Part shown: piece after piece, positions 46,561 to 54,888 of the stretch
Numbering within the stretch: the first letter of the stretch is position 1
Layout: every line of letters begins with the position of its first letter
Notes under the pieces: model-generated
The model's input: the letters and a program-made list of their open reading frames with translations, nothing else
Told to the model about the DNA's origin: nothing
Database searches by the model: none
Position numbers and translations under genes: made by a program
Origin: Candidatus Micrarchaeota archaeon
GTDB lineage: Archaea; Micrarchaeota; Micrarchaeia; Anstonellales; Bilamarchaeaceae
Reading direction: 5' to 3'
NCBI GenBank assembly: GCA_043812915.1
Contig: JBDRLQ010000004.1
Span: 56,704-120,703, forward strand
DNA length: 64,000 bases

Positions 46561-47025
46561 ATGGAAAATATCCATTTCCTTATCCTTATTTTCGTTTTCG
46601 TTGCCATAGTCCTGATTGTCTACTTCCAGTTCTCCGGGAACAAGAGAGAGCAGATGATCATAGTGAATTCCGAGGGCTCGGAAGTAATTGTGAATGTCGA
46701 GATTGCGGATACCCAGTTGAAGAAGATGCGGGGCCTGATGTTCAGGGAATCCATGCCTGAGAATGACGGCATGCTCTTTGTTTTCGGCTCTCCCGGGACG
46801 TACAGCTTCTGGATGGTCAATACCTCCATCCCTCTCGACGCGATTTATTTCTCTTCGGATGGGCAGGTTGTCGATGTCATCAGCATGGAGCCCTGCGGGG
46901 CCTTCAAATGCCCGACATACGCCCCGAAAGCCCAGGCGCAGTATGTGCTTGAGGTGAATCGCGGCTTTGCGGAAAAACACGGGATTGCTGCTGGCAAGAG
47001 CCGCGCGAAATCAATACCGAATTAG
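46561..47025 (+). CDS. DUF192 domain protein, membrane anchored
   Basis: VEIADT...RGLMFR, GMLFVF, FWMVNTSIPLD, YVLEVNRG. Confidence 0.92.
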   Translation: MENIHFLILIFVFVAIVLIVYFQFSGNKREQMIIVNSEGSEVIVNVEIADTQLKKMRGLMFRESMPENDGMLFVFGSPGTYSFWMVNTSIPLDAIYFSSDGQVVDVISMEPCGAFKCPTYAPKAQAQYVLEVNRGFAEKHGIAAGKSRAKSIPN

Positions 47026-47027
47026 AA

Positions 47028-47528
47028 TCAGTGGACTATGCCCTTTTTCTTGCTTTCGTATGCTTCCTGGTGCACCTCTAGGATATCCCCAATCCTGCCT
47101 GCGATGGTTTCATCATCGCTCGCTGCCACCATCATGTTCATGGCCCGCACCCCGGTTATGCTTTCCTCCCTGGTCCCATTGCGCATCAACCCTGCAAGAA
47201 TGTGAATGGATTTGCTCTGCATGCACAAAAGGGCCTGCACACAGTTCCCGCTGACTATCCTGTCGTCTTCACCATGCATGACTGCAGCCTCGGCAATCCT
47301 GAATGTGCCCTTCACAAGCTGCGCATCATCCGGATTCTCCCTGGCCATCTCAAGCAGCTTGACTGAAAGCCCCCTTCTGACTCCGGGATGGGTCCTCAGG
47401 TCAAGAATGGCATTCAGCATCTCGGCCGGGCGTCTCTCCAGGCGGTCAGTTCCCGGGTTCCTTTCCTGGAGCCTGGGCTTTGCCGCCTCTGCCCTTTTTC
47501 CTGTTCTGCCATGCTGCTTCTGAGACAT
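47028..47528 (-). CDS. Hypothetical helical protein
   Basis: ORF with TTTATAAA box upstream. Confidence 0.55.
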   Translation of the reverse strand: MSQKQHGRTGKRAEAAKPRLQERNPGTDRLERRPAEMLNAILDLRTHPGVRRGLSVKLLEMARENPDDAQLVKGTFRIAEAAVMHGEDDRIVSGNCVQALLCMQSKSIHILAGLMRNGTREESITGVRAMNMMVAASDDETIAGRIGDILEVHQEAYESKKKGIVH

Positions 47529-47762
47529 AAGAATCAACGCATTCTGGTATTGTTGCAAATTGTTTATAAACAATACTTTTCAACCCCATCTACAACAATA
47601 AGAGGAAAAGGAAACGCAAGGGGTAGGGGGATGGTTATGTTGGACCCCTTACGTTTATCCTCCACGAATGAAGGACTATGAGTTATTCTATGTGTTAATA
47701 AATAACTGTGGAAATAAGTTACAATGAGTGTTTTTTTAAACCTTGCGACAGCAGTTATTTTT

Positions 47763-48467
47763 ATGACGTTGACACTTATCGGCTCTGGGATATCCTTCGA
47801 CTTGACATTGTCCGCAATAGAGGCCATGAAAAAGGCGGATTCGGTTTACATTGAGCGCTACACGAACCCGATTTCAGATGATAGAATAATTTCATTGGAA
47901 AAGCTAATCGGAAAGGAAATCACAAGGCTTGAGAGGGACAAGGTGGAGAGCAGCTTCCTTGTTGGAGAGGCGGATGGCAAGGATGTCTGCCTGCTCGCTT
48001 CCGGGGATCCCCTTACTGCCACTACCCACAGCACTCTTGTGATGGACGCGAGGAAGAAAGGAGTTGAGGTAAAGACGATACACAATTCCTCGATATACAC
48101 GGCGGCTCCCGGCATGTCCGGCCTCCAGATTTACCGCTTCGGGAAGACCGCCTCGCTTGTCAATCCCAGGCCCAATTATAAGCCAACATCGTCACTCGGG
48201 ATAATCCGGAAGAACCTAGAGAATGACATGCATTCCCTTGTGCTGCTTGATACCGAGCCAGAGCCGATGGGGGCGGAAACTGCGCTGGAGATGCTAAAAG
48301 AATTCGAATCCGCAATCATTCTCTCGAGGCTTGGCGAGGCGGACGCGAAGATTACATATGGCAAAATCCCGGAGCTTCGGGGGAAGGATCCCGGGAAAGC
48401 GCCTTTTGCCATAATCATCCCGGCGAAGCTGCATCCCATCGAGGAGGAGTATCTGGAGCAGTTATGA
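47763..48467 (+). CDS. dph5: Diphthine synthase
   Basis: LIGSG, VYIERYT, GDPLTATTH, GLQIYRFGKT, HSLVLLD, IIIPAKLHPIE. Confidence 0.95.
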   Translation: MTLTLIGSGISFDLTLSAIEAMKKADSVYIERYTNPISDDRIISLEKLIGKEITRLERDKVESSFLVGEADGKDVCLLASGDPLTATTHSTLVMDARKKGVEVKTIHNSSIYTAAPGMSGLQIYRFGKTASLVNPRPNYKPTSSLGIIRKNLENDMHSLVLLDTEPEPMGAETALEMLKEFESAIILSRLGEADAKITYGKIPELRGKDPGKAPFAIIIPAKLHPIEEEYLEQL

Positions 48468-48512
48468 CCACAAAAGATAACTTTATATACTCTTTTGAAC
48501 ACATATAGTAAC

Positions 48513-48635
48513 ATGATAACCGCGATTTGTTCCCTTGTAAGCAAGGTCCTTGGTGGATCCTGCACTTGCGCAAAGAAGAGCAAGGCAAGGAAGAAGACGG
48601 CCAGGAAGGTATCCAAGAGGAAGAGGAGAAGGTAA
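48513..48635 (+). CDS. Small basic protein (40 aa) MITAICSLVSKVLGGSCTCAKKSKARKKTARKVSKRKRRR
   Basis: TTTATATA box about 24 nt upstream (leaderless), T-rich tract downstream; not in ORF track. Confidence 0.6.
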   Translation: MITAICSLVSKVLGGSCTCAKKSKARKKTARKVSKRKRRR

Positions 48636-48699
48636 ACACCTTCTGATTCTTGCCAGATTCTATTCTTTTTTCCGTTTTCGAGAATTATTTATAGGCAGT

Positions 48700-49749
48700 T
48701 CAGAATAGCTTCGTCTGGCCGCTGATGTCCATGAAGTTGCCAAAGCGGATTCCGACCCTTCTTATCTCCTGATTATTTTCTTTTAGAAAACCATTGACCA
48801 GCGACATCGCCTCACCGGTTATATCCTCATCAGCGCCTTTGGGGTTCCTGAACGAAATCGATTTTGTGTGCGTCTTCATGTCATCTGTTATGAAAATGAG
48901 CGTCAATGTCTTGTAGGATTTCTTGTTTTCCCTGAGCCAGTCCTTGGCTTCCTTCTCCAAATCAGCGACAGTGAGCATCACAAGGTAGGAATCCCTCGTC
49001 TTTGTTTTCAGGGTCCCAATGCGGCTGACCTCGACCTGTCCCTTCTCCTCCTCCAGCCCATCCCCGTATTTTCCCCGCGAGATGTCATGCAGCCAGGCTC
49101 CGGTCTTCCTCCCGAAAGCCTCGACAAGCGTGAGAGCCTCGATTTTGCCCAAATCCCTCACTTTCTGGACGCCCATCTTCCGGAGCGCATCAGCGGTCTT
49201 TGCACCGATTCCCGGCACTTTCCGTGCGTCTGAGCCCTCAATGAGCTGCCGCTCCTCCTTCACATTCACAATCAGAAGCCCGTCAGGCTTGCTTTTCTGG
49301 GCCGCCATCTTCGCGCCAAGGAGCGAAGGAGCAACACCCACGCTGCAGGTAAGGCCCGTCCTCTCCCTCACCTCCTGCCTGATTGCCCTGGCGGTCTCAT
49401 CGGGAATCCGCTTCACCTCGAGATTCCACTCATCGATGCTCGCCCTGGAAACCTGCTTGCTGTACTTGCGGATAATGTAATCGATTTCAGCCGAAACAAG
49501 CTCATAGCGGTGCCTGTCAACAGGAAGGAAAACGGTGTCTGCCTGAGGCGCCCTCTTCTTTGCCAAGGCGATGGGCATGCCGGAGCGGATTCCGAGCGCC
49601 CTTCCGGCGTAGTTTACCGTGCTAACAACCCCCGAGTCGCTCGTCCTGCCGCTGAAGACGCATACAACTATGATTTTCACCTTGTCCATCGGGTGCCGAA
49701 GCTCCTCAATCTGGGCGAAGAAATAGTCCATATCAACATGCAGGAACAT
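48700..49749 (-). CDS. dinB: Y-family DNA polymerase IV (Dpo4/DinB-like)
   Basis: HVDMDYFFAQIE, VNYAGRALGIRSGMP, ASIDE, CSVGVA, KPDG, VPGIGAKT, RRVGIR. Confidence 0.95.
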   Translation of the reverse strand: MFLHVDMDYFFAQIEELRHPMDKVKIIVVCVFSGRTSDSGVVSTVNYAGRALGIRSGMPIALAKKRAPQADTVFLPVDRHRYELVSAEIDYIIRKYSKQVSRASIDEWNLEVKRIPDETARAIRQEVRERTGLTCSVGVAPSLLGAKMAAQKSKPDGLLIVNVKEERQLIEGSDARKVPGIGAKTADALRKMGVQKVRDLGKIEALTLVEAFGRKTGAWLHDISRGKYGDGLEEEKGQVEVSRIGTLKTKTRDSYLVMLTVADLEKEAKDWLRENKKSYKTLTLIFITDDMKTHTKSISFRNPKGADEDITGEAMSLVNGFLKENNQEIRRVGIRFGNFMDISGQTKLF

Positions 49750-49949
49750 ACACAGTCGCAATCTCAGTGGAAATATTAAAATCTTCAGTAAAAAATCAAC
49801 AAAAACCCACCAAAACAAACATTCAAATACTAGTATTGCGCATATAACATACGTCCCACTTCCCCAAAACAAACCACTGGTCAGCCCACCTTAATAGGGT
49901 GGGCTGCCTATGTTTGTGCTTATTATCAAAATTTAGAAAAGGCCTTAAT

Positions 49950-50687
49950 TTATCCCAGGCCGTTCTTTGTCCTGTACCTTCTCTTCCCGAGCCTCTCAAG
50001 CTCAAGGAATTCCCGAAGCTCAATTGCGGCTGGGGGCGGCAGCTTCCCGACCAATATTCCATCAGCCTTGATATCAGAGGGCTTAAGGCCCTTCTTCTCA
50101 AGAGCAACCTCTATTGCGGCAATCGATGCCAGGCTAAGCCCTGTGAGGCCCCCCCTTTTTTCACATTCCCCAATATCCGCTCCCCTCCTCTTTGCGAATT
50201 CCTCAATCTCTCCGATTGTCGCGCCGCCAATCCCTTCTACAGAAAGCAGCTTTATCCTCCAGGCCCGGTCATGCAGCATCATGGATGTCAGGTCATCGGT
50301 ATGTGTGTGCTCCTCTCTGGTCCAGGCGCGGACCGCCTTCATGGCACCCGGAGATAAAAAGAGCGCGACAGAGTGAGGGTGATTATCCATAATCGGCTTC
50401 ATTTCTGCATAATGGGTCTGCGCGGTGGACTCCTTTATGCCGAGCTTTCCGGCGATATCGGCAAATTCCATGTTCGCCTCATCACGGAGCCTGACGATTT
50501 CGCGCTTGCTGGCCATAAGCTCCTCCGCGGTAAGGCTCCTTTTTCCCCTTCCGTTGGCGACCGCTGCGGAAGTGATGGTGACCCTCACCAAACCAGAGGA
50601 AAGAAGTGCCAGGGATTCCTTTGGCACCTTGAGGGTGCCGGTCTCCCTGTCTATGTGTGCAATGAATGTCACTGGCCTTGCGGGCAT
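49950..50687 (-). CDS. Putative DNA-binding protein (HTH + HhH-like segment)
   Basis: EIVRLR...MEFADIAGKLGIKESTAQTHY HTH; LLSVEGIGGATIGEI HhH/alpha-CTD-like. Confidence 0.65.
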   Translation of the reverse strand: MPARPVTFIAHIDRETGTLKVPKESLALLSSGLVRVTITSAAVANGRGKRSLTAEELMASKREIVRLRDEANMEFADIAGKLGIKESTAQTHYAEMKPIMDNHPHSVALFLSPGAMKAVRAWTREEHTHTDDLTSMMLHDRAWRIKLLSVEGIGGATIGEIEEFAKRRGADIGECEKRGGLTGLSLASIAAIEVALEKKGLKPSDIKADGILVGKLPPPAAIELREFLELERLGKRRYRTKNGLG

Positions 50688-50725
50688 TGGTATCGTTGCT
50701 CTTCCGTATGCCGGAACGTTTAAAT

Positions 50726-51355
50726 CTACTTCATATGTGCCTTCGTAATGACGACATTCTCGATTGGCCAGTTCTGGTGCATCCCGAAATTGGCGGTTGC
50801 GACTTTCTCGATTTCCAGAACCACATCCATCCCTGAGACAACTTTCCCGAAGACGGCATATCCGGGATTCGATGGAGTGTAGTCGAGCATGGCATTATCA
50901 ACGGTATTGATGAAGAACTGGGATGTGGCGCTATCAGGCACATTTGTTCTTGCCATGGCGATTGTCCCCTTCTTGTTTGAGAGCCCATTGTCGGATTCCA
51001 GCTTTATCGGGGGATTTGTTTCCTTCTCAACTTTATCCCCTCCGAATCCTCCGCCCTGAATCATGAATCCTGGGATTACCCTGTGGAATATCATCCCGTC
51101 ATAGAATCCCGAATTCACGTATGAGACGAAATTCTCGACCGTGACCGGTGAGGAGGCGCGGTAAAGCTCAATCTCAACATTCCCCTTGCTGGTCTCAAGA
51201 ACCGCAATCTCCCTTGCGGGCTCTTGCGGTTCGGGTGCAGCGCTCATCCCGCCATCAAGAGGCGTGGGGGCTTCTTCAGGGGCCTCATCTGGAGCGGCAC
51301 ATCCAAAAACAAGCATCAGTGAAAGCGCGGCTAGCGCGATTGCTATATAGGTCAT
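50726..51355 (-). CDS. Cyclophilin-type peptidyl-prolyl isomerase, lipoprotein-like signal
   Basis: [44 protein letters not shown]. Confidence 0.95.
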   Translation of the reverse strand: MTYIAIALAALSLMLVFGCAAPDEAPEEAPTPLDGGMSAAPEPQEPAREIAVLETSKGNVEIELYRASSPVTVENFVSYVNSGFYDGMIFHRVIPGFMIQGGGFGGDKVEKETNPPIKLESDNGLSNKKGTIAMARTNVPDSATSQFFINTVDNAMLDYTPSNPGYAVFGKVVSGMDVVLEIEKVATANFGMHQNWPIENVVITKAHMK

Positions 51356-51392
51356 GCAGAATAAAGAAAAGGAAAAAAGATAAAAATGGAGA

Positions 51393-52112
51393 TTATTGGG
51401 CCAGGCCGGTGCATCTCCAGTTGACATCAGGCAATCCAGTCTCGACATCAACGACGCAAGCGGGGCTGCATCCAGGCCTTGGGACAGTCATGTCTATGTC
51501 TATCCACCAGGTTCCGGTGATCTCATTGCACACCGCATTGTTGGTGAGTTCGCCCTGGTGCGTGCACAGGCTGTTCATGGCCGATGCCTTTGCAGCTTCC
51601 AGGGTCATGCCATATTGGGTGCCGGTCTTTTCACAGACTTGGTCATCCTCGCCCTGCTCCTCTTCAGGCAGGAGTCCGGTGCATCTCCAGTTGATTTCAG
51701 CAGAGCCGTTCTCATGCACCACGCATGCCGGGCTGCATCCGGGTTTTTCGATTTCAAGCTCGAACCACCAGGTCTTGGAGTTGTCGTTGTAGAAAGCTCC
51801 CTCGCTTTTCACAACGCCTTCCTGGGCGCAGTCGCTTCCCTGCGCGACCATCAGGGCATCCTGCTCCGACATCTTGCATGGGGTCTCCCATTCGCGGACG
51901 CACTCCTGTGTTGATTCACACCAGGTGTATCCAGCTGAGCCGATGCATCCGTGCTCATCCCTGTCGCTTCCGGGCGGAGGGTTTTCATCCCCACCTGAGG
52001 GCGGCTGCTCCACTGGAGGCTGCTCTGTCGGCGGCGTTTCCGGTGGCTGGGTGCAGCCGAAGGCTACAAGCAGTCCGAAAAAACACAATGCGATGATAAT
52101 TTTTCTGTTCAT
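51393..52112 (-). CDS. Lipoprotein-like protein with Cys-rich repeats
   Basis: AFGC signal end, [15 protein letters not shown] module, two PGCSPACVV...NWRCTGL domains. Confidence 0.8.
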   Translation of the reverse strand: MNRKIIIALCFFGLLVAFGCTQPPETPPTEQPPVEQPPSGGDENPPPGSDRDEHGCIGSAGYTWCESTQECVREWETPCKMSEQDALMVAQGSDCAQEGVVKSEGAFYNDNSKTWWFELEIEKPGCSPACVVHENGSAEINWRCTGLLPEEEQGEDDQVCEKTGTQYGMTLEAAKASAMNSLCTHQGELTNNAVCNEITGTWWIDIDMTVPRPGCSPACVVDVETGLPDVNWRCTGLAQ

Positions 52113-52189
52113 AGAATCACCTATCTGGTGATGTAAAAGAAGTGCAGAATTAAAAAGAAGAGTGAAAAGGAAGAAAAGAAAAAAGAGAG

Positions 52190-53350
52190 TTAAAGGCCTG
52201 CCTCAGACCTCAGTTTCTCAGCCATATCTGTTTTTTCCCAGGTGAATTCCGGCTCGGTCCTCCCGAAGTGGCCGTAGGCGGCAGTGTTCCTGTAAATCGG
52301 CCTGAGCAGATCAAGCTTCCTGATGACATCCGCCGGCTTGAACGAGAAGTGGTCCCCCACCAGCTCCTCAATCCTCTCGACCGGAATCTTGGATGTTCCC
52401 CGGGTATCCACGAAGACTGAAAGCGGCTTCGCCACCCCGATAACGTAGGATATCTGGACTTCGCACTGGTCAGCAAGGCCCGCGGCAACTATGTTCTTTG
52501 CGACATACCTTGCCATGTAGGCTCCAGACCTGTCCACTTTAGAAGGATCCTTTCCGGAAAACGCCCCGCCACCGTGGTGCCCCCTGCCCCCGTATGTATC
52601 AATGATTATCTTCCTTCCGGTTACTCCCGCATCTGCTACCGGGCCCCCAAGGACGAACTTGCCGGTTCCATTGACATGCGCGATTGTGTTCTCATCATAC
52701 AGGTCCCCAAGGACTGGCTTCACGACATGCTCAATGACATCCGCCTTGATTTTCGCCTGCTCAACGTTGTCATCATGCTGGTTCGCGATGACGACTGTGT
52801 GCACCCTTGCCGGCTGGTGGTCCCTGTATTCAAGCGACACCTGCGTCTTGCCATCAGGCCGGAGGTAAGGCAGGGTCCCGTCCTTCCGGACTTGGGAAAG
52901 CCTCCTCGCCAATTTATGGGCCAGCATAATCGGCATCGGCATCAGTTCCGGGGTCTCCTTGGTCGCGAATCCGAACATGATTCCCTGGTCTCCGGCTCCC
53001 TGCTCCTTCTGGGCATTGGAATCGACACCCTGGGAGATGTCTGGTGATTGCTCAACGATGGATGAGAGAACTCCGGTGGTCCTGTGGTCAAACAGGTATT
53101 CCGGCTTGTTGTATCCTATGTCACGGATCACATCACGCACCAGTTTCTGGAATTCGACATACCCCCTGGTGGAAATCTCCCCCATGAGCAGGACAATGCC
53201 AGCGCCAGCCGCAGTCTCTGCCGCGACACGGGACTTCGGGTCCTGCCTGAGCAGCTCATCCAGAATCGCGTCTGAAATCTGGTCACACATCTTGTCCGGG
53301 TGCCCCTCTGTCACTGACTCGGAGCTGAACAAATAGTTTTTAGACGACAT
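52190..53350 (-). CDS. metK: S-adenosylmethionine synthetase, bacterial/eukaryotic type
   Basis: [50 protein letters not shown]. Confidence 0.98.
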   Translation of the reverse strand: MSSKNYLFSSESVTEGHPDKMCDQISDAILDELLRQDPKSRVAAETAAGAGIVLLMGEISTRGYVEFQKLVRDVIRDIGYNKPEYLFDHRTTGVLSSIVEQSPDISQGVDSNAQKEQGAGDQGIMFGFATKETPELMPMPIMLAHKLARRLSQVRKDGTLPYLRPDGKTQVSLEYRDHQPARVHTVVIANQHDDNVEQAKIKADVIEHVVKPVLGDLYDENTIAHVNGTGKFVLGGPVADAGVTGRKIIIDTYGGRGHHGGGAFSGKDPSKVDRSGAYMARYVAKNIVAAGLADQCEVQISYVIGVAKPLSVFVDTRGTSKIPVERIEELVGDHFSFKPADVIRKLDLLRPIYRNTAAYGHFGRTEPEFTWEKTDMAEKLRSEAGL

Positions 53351-53421
53351 AATTAATCACAAGAGGAGTTTCTCAGGGTTCTTTATAAAAACTGCTGAAA
53401 GAAATATTCTTATAGGAATAA

Positions 53422-53835
53422 TCAGGCTGCTGCTTTGTACTTGGGAACAATCAGAAAAGTGTAGGCAATAAGGGAAACCTCAAGAATCGCAAAGCCTGCC
53501 AGGAAGATGTGCCTGGTTGCAAATGGCGTGAGGCTGAAAAAGAAGGTTCCTGCAAGGCCGCACAGGACAGTAAGCATAATCATCCTGAAATAATGCGGAT
53601 TTCCCCTTTTCAGCGGAGGATCAAGCTCTTCCTTGCTGAACTCGACCTTTCCATGCTCCTCATCAGACAATAGAATCGGGAGGCCGGAATAATTGCAGTC
53701 GGGGCAGAGGAATCTGCCGGCAACAGGGTCATAGGATATGCCGACCATTTGAGGGAGGTTCTGCACGTTCGGCAGGAACTCCTGGCCCGATAGCTTCCTT
53801 CCGCAGTGGGGGCAGACCCTGATTTCCTTTCCCAT
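53422..53835 (-). CDS. Zn-ribbon protein with two C-terminal TM helices
   Basis: CPHC...FLCPDCNYSG; two hydrophobic segments. Confidence 0.75.
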   Translation of the reverse strand: MGKEIRVCPHCGRKLSGQEFLPNVQNLPQMVGISYDPVAGRFLCPDCNYSGLPILLSDEEHGKVEFSKEELDPPLKRGNPHYFRMIMLTVLCGLAGTFFFSLTPFATRHIFLAGFAILEVSLIAYTFLIVPKYKAAA

Positions 53836-53917
53836 AAATGTATTTCTGCCCCAACATTTAAATGACCTATTCCCACGGTTGGTCATGATTAATAGATTTG
53901 CCCACGCTCAACGGTTC

Positions 53918-54091
53918 ATGAGAATAAAAGTATGCCCCAAATGCCAGAAGCCCGTGGAAGCCTCGGACTATCGGACTTCTTTGTTAGTTCTTTGGGGCGG
54001 CATGGACCCGAGGTTCAGGTGCCGGAAATGCGGCTTCATGGGTCCCGTGATAGAGCTCACTGACGAAGCGGAAAAGCAGCCTGGTGACTAG
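53918..54091 (+). CDS. Small Zn-ribbon protein
   Basis: CPKC...FRCRKCGFMG. Confidence 0.7.
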   Translation: MRIKVCPKCQKPVEASDYRTSLLVLWGGMDPRFRCRKCGFMGPVIELTDEAEKQPGD

Positions 54092-54174
54092 CGTGAGCGC
54101 CTGATTGGCGCATCGACGTAAAAGCGGACGGAAAAGTTTTAAAAGTCAGGAGTTTAATAGTAGCGGGGATTACG

Positions 54175-54651
54175 ATGGTTGAAGACGTAATAGAAATTTG
54201 TGCAAGATGCGGAAAGATGCCCAGAAGCGTTGACTTCGACATCGGGACCGGCGAGTTCCGATGCACTAGATGCGGAAACAACGATCTTATGGTAGTTAAC
54301 GGCTCTGACTATGAGCGGGTTGTCGCCGAGCTTGAGGACAAGTTCACAAGGCAGGCGATAAAGACCAGCGTGCCTAGATCCGGCTTTGCCGATGAATCAG
54401 AATTGCCCGACATGATTCATCATCGGCCAATAGGAACTCCGGCTGCGAGGCCTGCTCCCAGAATCGTTGCTCCGAAAAAAGCTGCCAGGAAAGCGGCAAT
54501 AATGAAGCCCAAGAAGGCCGCGAAGAAGGCTCCAAAGAAGCGGAAAGCTGCCAAGAAAGCCCCGAAGAGGGCTGCAAGGAAGAGCATCAGGAAGGCTGCG
54601 AAGAAGAAAACCGTGGGGAAAGCCACAAAGAAAAAAACACGGAAGAGATAA
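54175..54651 (+). CDS. Zn-ribbon protein with histone H1-like Lys/Ala-rich tail
   Basis: CARCG...FRCTRCG; PKKAARKAA...KKAAKKAPKKRKAAKKAPKRAARK. Confidence 0.8.
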   Translation: MVEDVIEICARCGKMPRSVDFDIGTGEFRCTRCGNNDLMVVNGSDYERVVAELEDKFTRQAIKTSVPRSGFADESELPDMIHHRPIGTPAARPAPRIVAPKKAARKAAIMKPKKAAKKAPKKRKAAKKAPKRAARKSIRKAAKKKTVGKATKKKTRKR

Positions 54652-54657
54652 CATTTC

Positions 54658-54816
54658 ATGGCAGGCAATACTGTAGAGGTCTGCGCCAACTGCGGGAAAG
54701 TCAACAAGAAAGAGAGCAAGGATTTCCTCTGCAGTGAGTGCGGATGTCATGTCTCCGTAGTAATCCCCCGGAGCATTTTCCTGGACTTGGTCAAGAGCGG
54801 AGCCGCCAAAGAATAA
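54658..54816 (+). CDS. Small Zn-ribbon protein (52 aa)
   Basis: MAGNTVEVCANCGKVNKKESKDFLCSECGCHVSVVIPRSIFLDLVKSGAAKE; resembles N-terminus of upstream gene; not in ORF track. Confidence 0.7.
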   Translation: MAGNTVEVCANCGKVNKKESKDFLCSECGCHVSVVIPRSIFLDLVKSGAAKE

Positions 54817-54888
54817 GCGGTTATTCATCTCCTTTTTACATTTAAAAACACTTTAAATACTCTTCGGTACAGTACCAGTAAGGGTATA

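Noticed and set aside
47612..47657. Inverted repeat AAACGCAAGGGGT/ACCCCTTACGTTT in an AT-rich spacer
   Set aside because: Single hairpin between divergent promoters with no second copy seen; too little to call a MITE or operator
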